Positions 1 to 7,928 of a stretch of 30,985 nt of DNA are shown here, piece by piece; the first letter of the stretch is position 1, and the number at the start of each line of letters is the position of its first letter. Under the pieces are notes generated by a model. It saw nothing but the letters and a program-made list of their open reading frames with translations. It made no database searches and had not been told where the DNA came from. The stretch covers positions 1 through 30,985 of the forward strand of contig CAZQOL010000003.1 of assembly GCA_964595185.1 (NCBI GenBank). Reading direction: 5' to 3'. The position numbers and the translations under genes are program-made. Source of the stretch: an uncultured Candidatus Saccharibacteria bacterium (GTDB taxonomy: Bacteria; Patescibacteriota; Minisyncoccia; Phycocordibacterales; UBA9973).

Positions 1-1174
1 TAATTTGATCTCTTAATTTAAAATATTCTTCTTTGGTATACTGTCGGTTGAAGATACAATATTTTTTCTGACGAAGACCTATGCAAGCAAATAGATCTGA
101 TGAGCCATAACAATTAAAAGAATATTGGACGTTCTCGGCATAATATACAACACTATCAAACAATAAATTACCTCCCCCGGCGCCCGTATCAAAACATTCA
201 TACCCAAGTTGCAACATTCCAATTCCTGGACCTGAATCAAAAACATCTTTAGTGTTTTTCACTGACCAAAAAACATTTTTACAATCTTCAAGACCGTCAG
301 ATATATCAAAACAATTTTTGCAATTTTTGGCGTGATCAATATTGTTTCCTGTCACATCCTGAGAATTTATTATATTAGCAAAACGATGAATTGATTTTAA
401 TTTCATTTTCTCGAATTCCTCTTTTTTTTGTTTTATTAATTCATAGCTCCCCAAATTCATCTCTTTTAATTTTTGATTATATTCATCTTTTGAATATTGA
501 ATATTATTCATGACATAGCTCTTATTCCTAAGATTTGAAGACATAAAACAATTTGTGCAACCACGACAATCATAGAGAAAAAAAGAATCAACGCAACTAA
601 CTGAAATCTCGCTATAAAAAAGCTGATATGAATCAGTACAAACAATATCCTCATATGAAAATTCAGTACGATGAACAACATGTAAATCCATTGAATCCTT
701 TATATCTGATACCCCATCAGAATAAAGAACCCTTTCTATTTTCCATGATGCCGAAACTAAATAACTATCGTAGCTTTCTTCAGCCACATTACAATAATCA
801 CTATTTGTAGCTCTAGAGTTCGACATACTTTGTAATGGAAATTTATTGCGAAAATCTTTCCATTGACTGAAAAAGGGTCGAGAAAAATCATACTCTATCC
901 CATATTCATGTGGGTCCCAGCTATCACCCCACCAAATTTTTTGATCGATTACTGTTAAATCTTTATCGGCAGAATAAATAGAAATTAAATCTTTGCCCGA
1001 AAAACTATCTTTTCTTTTATAGAGAGAGTGTGTATTTCGGAAAGTTAGCCGACGTTGTGCCTTACATTCAACACAAAAGGTTGGTGGTGGAACTTTTATA
1101 CGTTCATAAAAACTCATATCGTCTTCCGTTATTTCAAATTCTACTTTGCAGTTTTGACATATTCTTTCCTTCAT
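1..1174 (-). CDS. Cys-rich zinc-ribbon/repeat family protein, paralog A (3'-truncated by window edge; absent from ORF track)
   Basis: Manual translation from ATG at 1174 gives MKERICQNCKVEFEITEDDMSFYERIKVPPPTFCVECKAQRRLTFRN...WWGDSWDP...DFSRPFF...CRGCTNCF...YCIFNRQYTKEEY, open to base 1 and colinear with the four complete paralogs. Confidence 0.92.
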   Translation of the reverse strand, partial: MKERICQNCKVEFEITEDDMSFYERIKVPPPTFCVECKAQRRLTFRNTHSLYKRKDSFSGKDLISIYSADKDLTVIDQKIWWGDSWDPHEYGIEYDFSRPFFSQWKDFRNKFPLQSMSNSRATNSDYCNVAEESYDSYLVSASWKIERVLYSDGVSDIKDSMDLHVVHRTEFSYEDIVCTDSYQLFYSEISVSCVDSFFLYDCRGCTNCFMSSNLRNKSYVMNNIQYSKDEYNQKLKEMNLGSYELIKQKKEEFEKMKLKSIHRFANIINSQDVTGNNIDHAKNCKNCFDISDGLEDCKNVFWSVKNTKDVFDSGPGIGMLQLGYECFDTGAGGGNLLFDSVVYYAENVQYSFNCYGSSDLFACIGLRQKKYCIFNRQYTKEEYFKLRDQI

Positions 1175-1184
1175 GTTTTTATAT

Positions 1185-1199
1185 TTCCAGCCTTGCTGG
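1185..1199. repeat. 15-bp motif TTCCAGCCTTGCTGG (hairpin CCAGC-N3-GCTGG), copy 1
   Basis: Identical 15-mer at 14113-14127; both copies are 10 nt upstream of the ATG of a Cys-rich paralog. Confidence 0.85.
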
Positions 1200-1214
1200 G
1201 ATTATAATTCGTAA

Positions 1215-1637
1215 TTATTTTAGCCTATCATAATGGTATCCTCTTTCATTTTTCTTTTTTATTTCAGCTTCTGTTTCTGTAATATATTCATCTTTACTTG
1301 TTAATATATTATCAGCCCAAAAAGTATATGGCTGATTAGCTAACAAAACATCTGTCCTAATAATAACTGGCACACTATAGGAATGTTCAGCTTCAATGTG
1401 TTTCATTAATTTGTCGCTCAAATGTTTCTGTGTCGCAAAAAGTAACATATATTGATCCCCTTCTTGGATAACATTCATCCAAGGATAAATAGAATTTATC
1501 AACCAATAATCAGCTGAGATGGCCAATTTTTCATTTATTGCCGACAACCCAATATCACGGGCCTCTCTAATTGTCGGACAAGTAGTGTAAACAAAAACAA
1601 TATTCTTTTCTTCTTTATCAACTCTTTCAAAAAGCAT
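1215..1637 (-). CDS. cutA: Divalent-cation tolerance protein CutA (divergent)
   Basis: VYTTCPTIREARDIG...EKLA...SIYPW...E..MLLFAT...IEAEHSYSVPVI matches the CutA pattern (TT.P..e.A..ia..l...LA..., S.Y.W, H.Y..P.I). Start moved to Met36 of the listed ORF (1637). Confidence 0.75.
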   Translation of the reverse strand: MLFERVDKEEKNIVFVYTTCPTIREARDIGLSAINEKLAISADYWLINSIYPWMNVIQEGDQYMLLFATQKHLSDKLMKHIEAEHSYSVPVIIRTDVLLANQPYTFWADNILTSKDEYITETEAEIKKKNERGYHYDRLK

Positions 1638-1756
1638 ATGATTTTGCAAATCACGTCGTGTAAGTCGATTGATACGCGACGCAAAATAATTATTGCTAAT
1701 TAAAATTATCTCGACAAGATAATTTTCTGAACTAAAATACAAAGAACAAATATTAT

Positions 1757-3427
1757 CTAATAAACTTCATTTTGATAGCACATCTCACAGTAAACTATCT
1801 CCGGTCGATCTGGGGCATAACTAGTTTCAAATTCATTCGTGCAACCTTCTTTCATGCAAGTTCGGTGCCAGAGCTTGCGTGGTAATCTTAATTTAAATCT
1901 TCTTTGATATCGACAATCTGGACACTCTCGTGGAATTGGAATTTCTTCTCTTCGATAAAAAGTTAATTCGTCAGTAATAATATTATAATTCTTACTACAT
2001 TCTAAACATTTCAATACTTCTTTTAAAATTGAATCATCAATATCACTAATACTATCTCGAATGTTCTCTGATTCAATTGTTTCTTTTCCAAAAATTCCAG
2101 GAACTTTATCTTCCCACAACCAACCTCGAGCAAGGATCTCTTCTTTGGTAAGTGGCATATAATAATTTCCTTGAGTTTCGTTGTAACAAACAGGAGAAAT
2201 TGATGGGGGGAAAAATTCTCCATATTCTCCTGTCTTTTTCATATGTTTAATTATTTTTTCTTTCAACTCTAAAAATTCTACCTTTCTATATTTCTTATTT
2301 AAAATCATATATTCCCCTTTTTTAATAGAAATACAACCAAAAAGATTCGAGGAATTATGACAAGTATCACAATACTGTAATTCTTGATTATCGTAACAAA
2401 GATGATTAAAATAACTGTTATAAAGCCCCTTGCACCCGTGGCATTCATACGCTAGTTCTGTTCCAAAACCGACATGATATAGATCCATCGATAATTTAAT
2501 AAATAAGCATGAAAAAATATTTTTTGTATCTTCTAAATTATCATCATCAAAACATAGCTTTGAATTCTTACTACCAAATAACATATTTCCAGTACAGTTA
2601 ACATTGCGCTCACTTATTATACAACGATGTTTGGAATTATTTCTTATTAAGTTTAAAAATTCTTTATTTAATTTTTTTCGAACTTCATACGAACAAAGAT
2701 TATACTCCTTAATTTTTTCTAAATATTCTTCGCGAGAATATTGTTCATTTTTAAAAATATAATTCTTATTTCTTAAATTAGAAGACAAGAAACAATTATT
2801 ACAATTGTTACAGTCGTAACAATAAAAACAATCAACACAATTCTCTATCAGAAAACTATTCTGGCAATGATATGCCTTACGTGAATCTATACATTCATAA
2901 AGCTTTTCTCCCCCGTCATAAATATAGCTACAGTCTATGCAATTTCTACTCTTCATCATCCAGGTAGAATAGAATACATCCTCACACCATGAACAAGTAT
3001 AAGAAAGATATACATTCTTATTATCACCTGAATGATTAGTGTAATCTGAATTAATACTATTTTTACTTAAGAGTGCTATTCTTGGCACTTCCTTTTGTAG
3101 TTCGTGATATTGCTCAAAAAAAGGACGAGAAAAATCAAAATCTCGTCCATAGGTTGCAGGATCCCAACCATCTCCCCACCAGCACTTTAAACAATAAACC
3201 CTTAAATCCTTATTCGGAGAATAAATAGTCACCGTGCTTTTTCCACACAAATCACAATCTCTTCGATAAAGAGTTCTCTCGTTTCTCCAAGCATATCGTC
3301 TTTGTTGACGACAGTCTGGACACCGAGTTGAAGGTGGAACTTTGATTTTTTCATAAAAAGAAAAATCATCTGGCTCGAGTACGAAGTCATGATGACAGTG
3401 TTGGCAAGTTTTTGTCACTCTTTCCAT
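1757..3427 (-). CDS. Cys-rich zinc-ribbon/repeat family protein, paralog B (556 aa)
   Basis: N-terminal CxxC...FYEKIKVPP..CPxCR, central Cys-rich repeats, C-terminal CxxC...CPxCR...C...C.FETSY.P...YCExCYQNEVY. Confidence 0.92.
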   Translation of the reverse strand: MERVTKTCQHCHHDFVLEPDDFSFYEKIKVPPSTRCPDCRQQRRYAWRNERTLYRRDCDLCGKSTVTIYSPNKDLRVYCLKCWWGDGWDPATYGRDFDFSRPFFEQYHELQKEVPRIALLSKNSINSDYTNHSGDNKNVYLSYTCSWCEDVFYSTWMMKSRNCIDCSYIYDGGEKLYECIDSRKAYHCQNSFLIENCVDCFYCYDCNNCNNCFLSSNLRNKNYIFKNEQYSREEYLEKIKEYNLCSYEVRKKLNKEFLNLIRNNSKHRCIISERNVNCTGNMLFGSKNSKLCFDDDNLEDTKNIFSCLFIKLSMDLYHVGFGTELAYECHGCKGLYNSYFNHLCYDNQELQYCDTCHNSSNLFGCISIKKGEYMILNKKYRKVEFLELKEKIIKHMKKTGEYGEFFPPSISPVCYNETQGNYYMPLTKEEILARGWLWEDKVPGIFGKETIESENIRDSISDIDDSILKEVLKCLECSKNYNIITDELTFYRREEIPIPRECPDCRYQRRFKLRLPRKLWHRTCMKEGCTNEFETSYAPDRPEIVYCEMCYQNEVY

Positions 3428-3500
3428 ACATAAATATTATGCCACAATATTTAAAGTGGTGCAAATAACTACACAGGTGTGTTCAATGTAGTTTTTTCCC

Positions 3501-3536
3501 TCGGACAAATCGCTACGATCGTGGCAATTTGTCCGA
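3501..3536. repeat. 36-bp imperfect palindrome/hairpin downstream of dsbB
   Basis: TCGGACAAAT (3501-3510) and ATTTGTCCGA (3527-3536) are perfect inverted arms; inner GCTACGA/TCGTGGC has one mismatch. Confidence 0.8.
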
Positions 3537-3543
3537 AGTGTTT

Positions 3544-4092
3544 TTATTTAACTCGTGCCATGTATTTATAATTAAGTAAAATCGAAATTATAAATAAAGA
3601 TAAAGTTAGGGCCATGATTGGCATTGTGACATAACCAAATTCGTATATGTAGCGAACGGCACAAGAGACTCCCCCATTTGAAGGATCTGCACAAGCGGGT
3701 CCTTCAGCAATTCCACTTTCAACAAAAATATGATAAATAGAAACAATAGACCCAAGAGTAGCAAAAACTAAAGAAAAATCAACAATTGATTTTTCTTTTT
3801 TATATAATTCCATTCCAAACAAAACTAGTTGCGGATAAAGAAAAATTCTTTGAATCCAACAAAGTTCACATGGTGGGTATCCAACAATCTCAGAATAAAA
3901 TAATGATAAGAGAACGGCTCCGAGTGATGCTAAAAATCCAAAGTGAAAAGTATATTTTTTAAAGAAAATTAAAATTTTATTTTCACTACTACGATTAAAA
4001 ATAAAATTAACGGCAATCAAAAGAATCACAACTTGGAGAAAAATTGTTCCAACGGCAAGTATTTTATTTATAATTTCTATATATGCTGGCAT
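3544..4092 (-). CDS. dsbB: Disulfide bond formation protein B (DsbB/BdbC family)
   Basis: Four hydrophobic segments, GYPPCELCWIQRIFLYP motif, second Cys pair (ACADP...VSC), GYVTMPIMAL. Confidence 0.9.
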   Translation of the reverse strand: MPAYIEIINKILAVGTIFLQVVILLIAVNFIFNRSSENKILIFFKKYTFHFGFLASLGAVLLSLFYSEIVGYPPCELCWIQRIFLYPQLVLFGMELYKKEKSIVDFSLVFATLGSIVSIYHIFVESGIAEGPACADPSNGGVSCAVRYIYEFGYVTMPIMALTLSLFIISILLNYKYMARVK

Positions 4093-4093
4093 A

Positions 4094-4654
4094 TTATTGT
4101 GGGAGAGTAAATTGTATTTGTTCAGCTAAATATGGAAGTGGCACTTCTCCTACAGCTTGGACATTGGCCGGAAATTGCCAAATATTCCCATCACGAATTG
4201 GATCAGTTGGGCTTTTAACTGAAAATTGGTAATCTGGAAAAGACCAAACTTTATAATATTTGGATGAAATATTTGAACATACCCCCTCTTGAGTTACTCC
4301 TTCTACATTGATCGGGCAAATTATTGGCTCAGATTCTGAATTAATTTTAATTCCATTATCAAATGTCCAAGTTGGATATCCTTCGATTTTATTATCAAGA
4401 CAAATCTGTTTTTGAGTATTATCAGTATTTGAACACTCAACATATGGAAGATATTTTTTAGACGCTCCAAATGCTGCTTTTTGAGCCTGACAATGAGTAC
4501 ACCAAAATGCTCCATAAAATTTTACTCCTTTTTCTCCGAGTGTTTTTGCAAAATCATCCAATTTGCCTGGCTTTGAACCAGAATAAAGACCGAAGCCTCC
4601 AATTACCACAACGACAATAATAATAAATATAATAAATTTTGTTTTTGTTTGCAT
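4094..4654 (-). CDS. Membrane-anchored thioredoxin-fold protein (VKOR-associated type) with internal insertion
   Basis: N-terminal TM anchor; FYGAFWCTHCQAQK..FG......YVEC...C....IEGYPTW resembles the Trx domain of cyanobacterial VKOR fusions. Confidence 0.8.
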   Translation of the reverse strand: MQTKTKFIIFIIIVVVVIGGFGLYSGSKPGKLDDFAKTLGEKGVKFYGAFWCTHCQAQKAAFGASKKYLPYVECSNTDNTQKQICLDNKIEGYPTWTFDNGIKINSESEPIICPINVEGVTQEGVCSNISSKYYKVWSFPDYQFSVKSPTDPIRDGNIWQFPANVQAVGEVPLPYLAEQIQFTLPQ

Positions 4655-4660
4655 GTTTTG

Positions 4661-4666
4661 ATTATA
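4661..4666 (-). promoter_or_regulatory. -10 box TATAAT 6 nt upstream of ATG 4654 (leaderless-type promoter)
   Basis: Minus strand reads aggTATAATcaaaacATG. Confidence 0.55.
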
Positions 4667-4690
4667 CCTTGTCTTTAGCTCTTTTCAAAA

Positions 4691-6631
4691 CTATTCCCCG
4701 GAAAGTAATCGAAAGCGGAACGCTCTGAAATAACTAAATAATCTCTGAAAAAAATTGTTAAGTTTTTGAAAAAATAAATTTGGGCTTTCGTCTTTCTCAA
4801 TAAATACTCCACCCGCACTTGCCAAAAGGGCATTGTTCACTTCTTTTTTTTCATCAATAACATTCTTTTCTTCTTTTTTCTCTACAACTAAATTATTTTT
4901 TAAATTCTTAATATCTTGATTATCTATGGTTATTTTTTCGATTGGTATTTCTACTTGAACTGGTGCTTCAATTAATTCTACTAGTGTATCTTCTTTTTCA
5001 ACTGTCTCTTCATCTTCCTGTGGAGTAATAATTTCTTCCTTGTCAAAAGATTCTAAAATATCATTCCAAGACATTTTTAAAACTGCAGGAATTGCATAAG
5101 CTGTAGACCAAACACGCGATTCTATTGCCCCATCGTCTAATCCTCCATCTTCTTTTTGTTGGTTGGCTAAATATAAAATTGCTTTTTCAACTTCTGTCTC
5201 GTATGAACTATCTAGGGCTAAAGCTTGCACTGCCCAGCTTGTAGAAAAAGAGTTTCCAAAATCTCCATCATCATTTTGCTCTCCCAATAAATACAGTCCA
5301 GCTTTTTCAATAGTCTCACTTACTTCATTTAAATTTTTAAAATTCCAAAGAGCCTGAATAGCTGACGAAGTCAGATCAATGCTCTCCCATGAACCATCAG
5401 CTGACTGTTCTCTGATTATATATGCAACAACTTTTTTTATTATCTCATCGTTTTTAGAAAAACCAGCATGGGCTAAAACAATCAAACCAAAAATATCGTC
5501 ATTAATAAGTGAATCATCGCCAATCTGCTGGCCATCAAATGCATCTGTTATTTTTTTAACATAATTTGTATTAGTTTCATTGTATGGATTTATGCCAAGA
5601 GACATCATGGCCATAATATGTCTCTCGTAGTCTGTAATGACGGATGATCCGAATTCATTATTAATAATACGATCATGAATCTTAGATTTTAATAAGTCCG
5701 CCTCATCACTAGAAGCACTAGCAATAGCCACCCAATCTGTATACATATCATTTTGGAATGAACCATCAGAATTTTGGTTGGCTAATAAGAATGAGATTGC
5801 CTTTTGAATTGAAAAAAATAATTCCGGGGTTGATCCTCCTCCACTTCCTCCTCCTGAGGAGGTTTCCACAACTTCAAAATTGACAGTCGGCCAATAATAA
5901 GAAAATCCATTATCATCAACTCTTATTCCGGCACTGTATGAACCAATAGGTATAGTAGAAAAAACTTTTTGTCCATTTTCATCTACCATACCTGATTGTA
6001 TTTCAATCGGATTGTATGGATCATCGGGATTAACTTTAGTGATTCCAACTGTCACTCCAGTTTTTACAAGCCATTGGTTATTTTCAAAATCATATTTCTC
6101 TGTAGAGACTGTTAAATCCTCAGATGTATCAATAGAACTTGCGCTTAATAAAATCCTATCGGTTTGGCCAAAAAATAAATAAATATTTTCACCTCCCGAA
6201 AGAATATTTTTATCCATCCCAACTGTCGGATAATATCCATCAACAACATACTGCCATTCATAACAAAGGGGTTCAGATTCTCCGGAAGTTATGCAGTTAA
6301 GCAAAAAGGCCCCAAATGATTCATTGTAACTAAAGTCTGAAATAGAAAATGAATCATCTTCCTGATCAAGAGTATAAAGCAAACCCAAGACACTTTGATT
6401 ACTTATTTCGTGCCCAGAAATTTCAACCATCTCTTGTACCTCAGGAAATAAAATTTTCCCGTCATATATAATGTTATCTCCATTTCGAATGGTAATTTTA
6501 TTTTCAACAGTAGGAGGTATCACTATCTCGGGCTCCCCGGGCTCAATCTCAGATTCAATAATTTCAGCAAAAACCAAATTAGGCCCCAGAAACATGACAC
6601 TCAAAATAAATATAACAAATATTTTTTTCAT
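4691..6631 (-). CDS. Exported protein: N-terminal DUF4430-like domain, Ig-like linker, prenyltransferase-repeat alpha/alpha barrel; putative cobalamin-binding protein
   Basis: Signal peptide; WQYVVDGYYPTVGMDKNILSGGENI resembles DUF4430; GGGSGGG linker; repeats such as LLANQNSDGSF, IIREQSADGSW, LLGEQNDDGDF, LANQQKEDGGL; lies downstream of the cobalamin riboswitch. Confidence 0.75.
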   Translation of the reverse strand: MKKIFVIFILSVMFLGPNLVFAEIIESEIEPGEPEIVIPPTVENKITIRNGDNIIYDGKILFPEVQEMVEISGHEISNQSVLGLLYTLDQEDDSFSISDFSYNESFGAFLLNCITSGESEPLCYEWQYVVDGYYPTVGMDKNILSGGENIYLFFGQTDRILLSASSIDTSEDLTVSTEKYDFENNQWLVKTGVTVGITKVNPDDPYNPIEIQSGMVDENGQKVFSTIPIGSYSAGIRVDDNGFSYYWPTVNFEVVETSSGGGSGGGSTPELFFSIQKAISFLLANQNSDGSFQNDMYTDWVAIASASSDEADLLKSKIHDRIINNEFGSSVITDYERHIMAMMSLGINPYNETNTNYVKKITDAFDGQQIGDDSLINDDIFGLIVLAHAGFSKNDEIIKKVVAYIIREQSADGSWESIDLTSSAIQALWNFKNLNEVSETIEKAGLYLLGEQNDDGDFGNSFSTSWAVQALALDSSYETEVEKAILYLANQQKEDGGLDDGAIESRVWSTAYAIPAVLKMSWNDILESFDKEEIITPQEDEETVEKEDTLVELIEAPVQVEIPIEKITIDNQDIKNLKNNLVVEKKEEKNVIDEKKEVNNALLASAGGVFIEKDESPNLFFQKLNNFFQRLFSYFRAFRFRLLSGE

Positions 6632-6635
6632 AATT

Positions 6636-7139
6636 TTATTTCAATTCCCATTTAATAATATCTCCCCCTTTTAAAATATATTCCGACACTCCAATTGTGG
6701 CTTCTTCCCCATTCACATAATAAAGCCAATATTTTCCCCCTCCCCCTTCCATATTATTTATTTTATCTATAAAAATCCCCAGGGAGGGATACTCTTTATA
6801 AGAAAAAGTAAAATTATTTTCTTTGTTTTTTTGTAAATTCTCCATTACCTTGTAAACACTGTCATTTTCTTTAATCGCTACTTCATATTTTTTTTCGAAA
6901 ACAATTAAATTTACTTTCTCTTCTGCTTTTTCATCTTCTGTATTTAAAGAAGAGGATGCCCCAGATAGAGGCTTCGCCTCTATCTGGGGCGAAATCATCA
7001 CAGATAAAGTCTTTGTCTCCTGTGTTGGTTGAGTTTCTTCTTTTTTTATCTGTAGATAAGACAAAAAATAAACAAAACAAATTATAATAATCAGAATTGG
7101 AAATGAAACTATTAAAATATTTTTTTTATTTTTTAACAT
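6636..7139 (-). CDS. Membrane-anchored DUF4430 (transcobalamin C-terminal-like) protein
   Basis: N-terminal TM helix; LGIFIDKINN...GKYWLYYVNGEEATIGVSEYILKGGDIIKWE is the DUF4430 signature. Start moved to Met25 (7139) because the listed extension runs through the riboswitch expression platform. Confidence 0.85.
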   Translation of the reverse strand: MLKNKKNILIVSFPILIIIICFVYFLSYLQIKKEETQPTQETKTLSVMISPQIEAKPLSGASSSLNTEDEKAEEKVNLIVFEKKYEVAIKENDSVYKVMENLQKNKENNFTFSYKEYPSLGIFIDKINNMEGGGGKYWLYYVNGEEATIGVSEYILKGGDIIKWELK

Positions 7140-7175
7140 AAATATAAAACCCTCCGGCTCAAGCGGGAGGGTCTT
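7140..7175 (-). terminator. Riboswitch expression-platform hairpin (terminator and/or SD sequestrator)
   Basis: Minus strand AAGACCCTCC-c-GC-ttga-GC-c-GGAGGGTTTT followed by atattt then ATG; the GGAGGG arm is 10 nt before the start codon. Confidence 0.65.
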
Positions 7176-7216
7176 ATCCAAATATATAAAATATTCTCCT
7201 GCTCGGGACACACCCT

Positions 7217-7335
7217 TGTATTAAGACCGGACTTGTCTCTTTCGACCTAAGTCGGAGAGCTTTACCGTTGCGGCACAGTGGAGGAATTTATGCTGTCGCT
7301 CGCGAGCGACAGCATGAACCTCACTTCCAAATACA
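7217..7335 (-). ncRNA. Cobalamin (B12) riboswitch aptamer
   Basis: Minus strand: P1 TGTATT/AATACA; GGAAG; P4 GAGG...CCTC; ACTGTGCCGCAACGGTAA (B12-box-like RCTG..CC.C.RC.GTRA); accessory hairpin; AAGTCCGG (RAGYCRG). Context is nrdJ, an ECF S-component and DUF4430 genes. Confidence 0.8.
7290..7315. repeat. Perfect 26-bp palindrome ATGCTGTCGCTCGCGAGCGACAGCAT
   Basis: The sequence equals its own reverse complement; it sits inside the riboswitch L4 loop. Confidence 0.95.
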
Positions 7336-7358
7336 TTGGTTTAAATTTTAAAATACAA

Positions 7359-7889
7359 CTAACTAACTACTGCAATCCTATTCTTTCTTTGGCTTGCTGT
7401 CGCACGGACAGAAGTTGCGACTAACCATTTCTCAATCACTGGTGATAGCACTATAGCAAACGAAACATTCGAGAGCAAGTGCAAAACCGTAAATGGAATC
7501 TGTCCGATCAAAGAACCCATGAAGGATTGATTAAAAAACAACGGGCCAATAGTTAATCCTGTTATTGCATCATAAAAGATTGTTGCAACAACAGCATAAC
7601 TTGCATAACTCATCCAGCCAGTTCGATTTTTGAAAAAATATGATGCACCTATTCCTAGTAATCCATAAGCGACAGCCGTGACTAAAGTCCAAATACCAAT
7701 TCCAGATGTTATCGAATCAAATAAAACAATACTTAAAAAACCAAAAGCAAATGCCATTATCTTTCCAGAAGTTTTACCCAGGGGCATGATGACTGCCATT
7801 ATTGGTTCAACATTTGGGGCTCGAAAAGGTAAAAGCCTCATTAAAAATACAGACAAAAATATAACGATGTATTTAAACTGTTTATTCAT
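7359..7889 (-). CDS. ECF transporter S-component, CbrT-like (putative cobalamin uptake)
   Basis: About six TM helices in 176 aa; RLLPFRAPNVEPI...LG...G resembles the PN(I/V)xP motif of CbrT-type S-components; lies between nrdJ and the B12 riboswitch. Confidence 0.7.
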   Translation of the reverse strand: MNKQFKYIVIFLSVFLMRLLPFRAPNVEPIMAVIMPLGKTSGKIMAFAFGFLSIVLFDSITSGIGIWTLVTAVAYGLLGIGASYFFKNRTGWMSYASYAVVATIFYDAITGLTIGPLFFNQSFMGSLIGQIPFTVLHLLSNVSFAIVLSPVIEKWLVATSVRATASQRKNRIAVVS

Positions 7890-7897
7890 TATTAATC

Positions 7898-7925
7898 AGT
7901 AATTGGTAATTGGTAATTAGTAATT
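7898..7925. repeat. Heptamer tandem repeat (A/G)GTAATT x4
   Basis: AGTAATT GGTAATT GGTAATT AGTAATT fills most of the 39-nt spacer. Confidence 0.85.
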
Positions 7926-7928
7926 GAT

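Noticed and set aside
3441-3493. Weak inverted repeats (GCCAC/GTGGT; AACTACA/TGTAGTT) upstream of paralog B
   Set aside because: Short stems expected by chance; no second copy seen.
4691-6631. Squalene-hopene cyclase or prenyltransferase enzyme
   Set aside because: It has a signal peptide, a single barrel, a DUF4430-like domain and B12 context, with no isoprenoid genes nearby; the QxxDG repeats are structural.
7140-7211. N-terminal extension MSRAGEY... of the 6636-7211 ORF
   Set aside because: It overlaps the riboswitch platform; Met25 has an SD-like GGAGGG and is followed directly by the basic-hydrophobic anchor.
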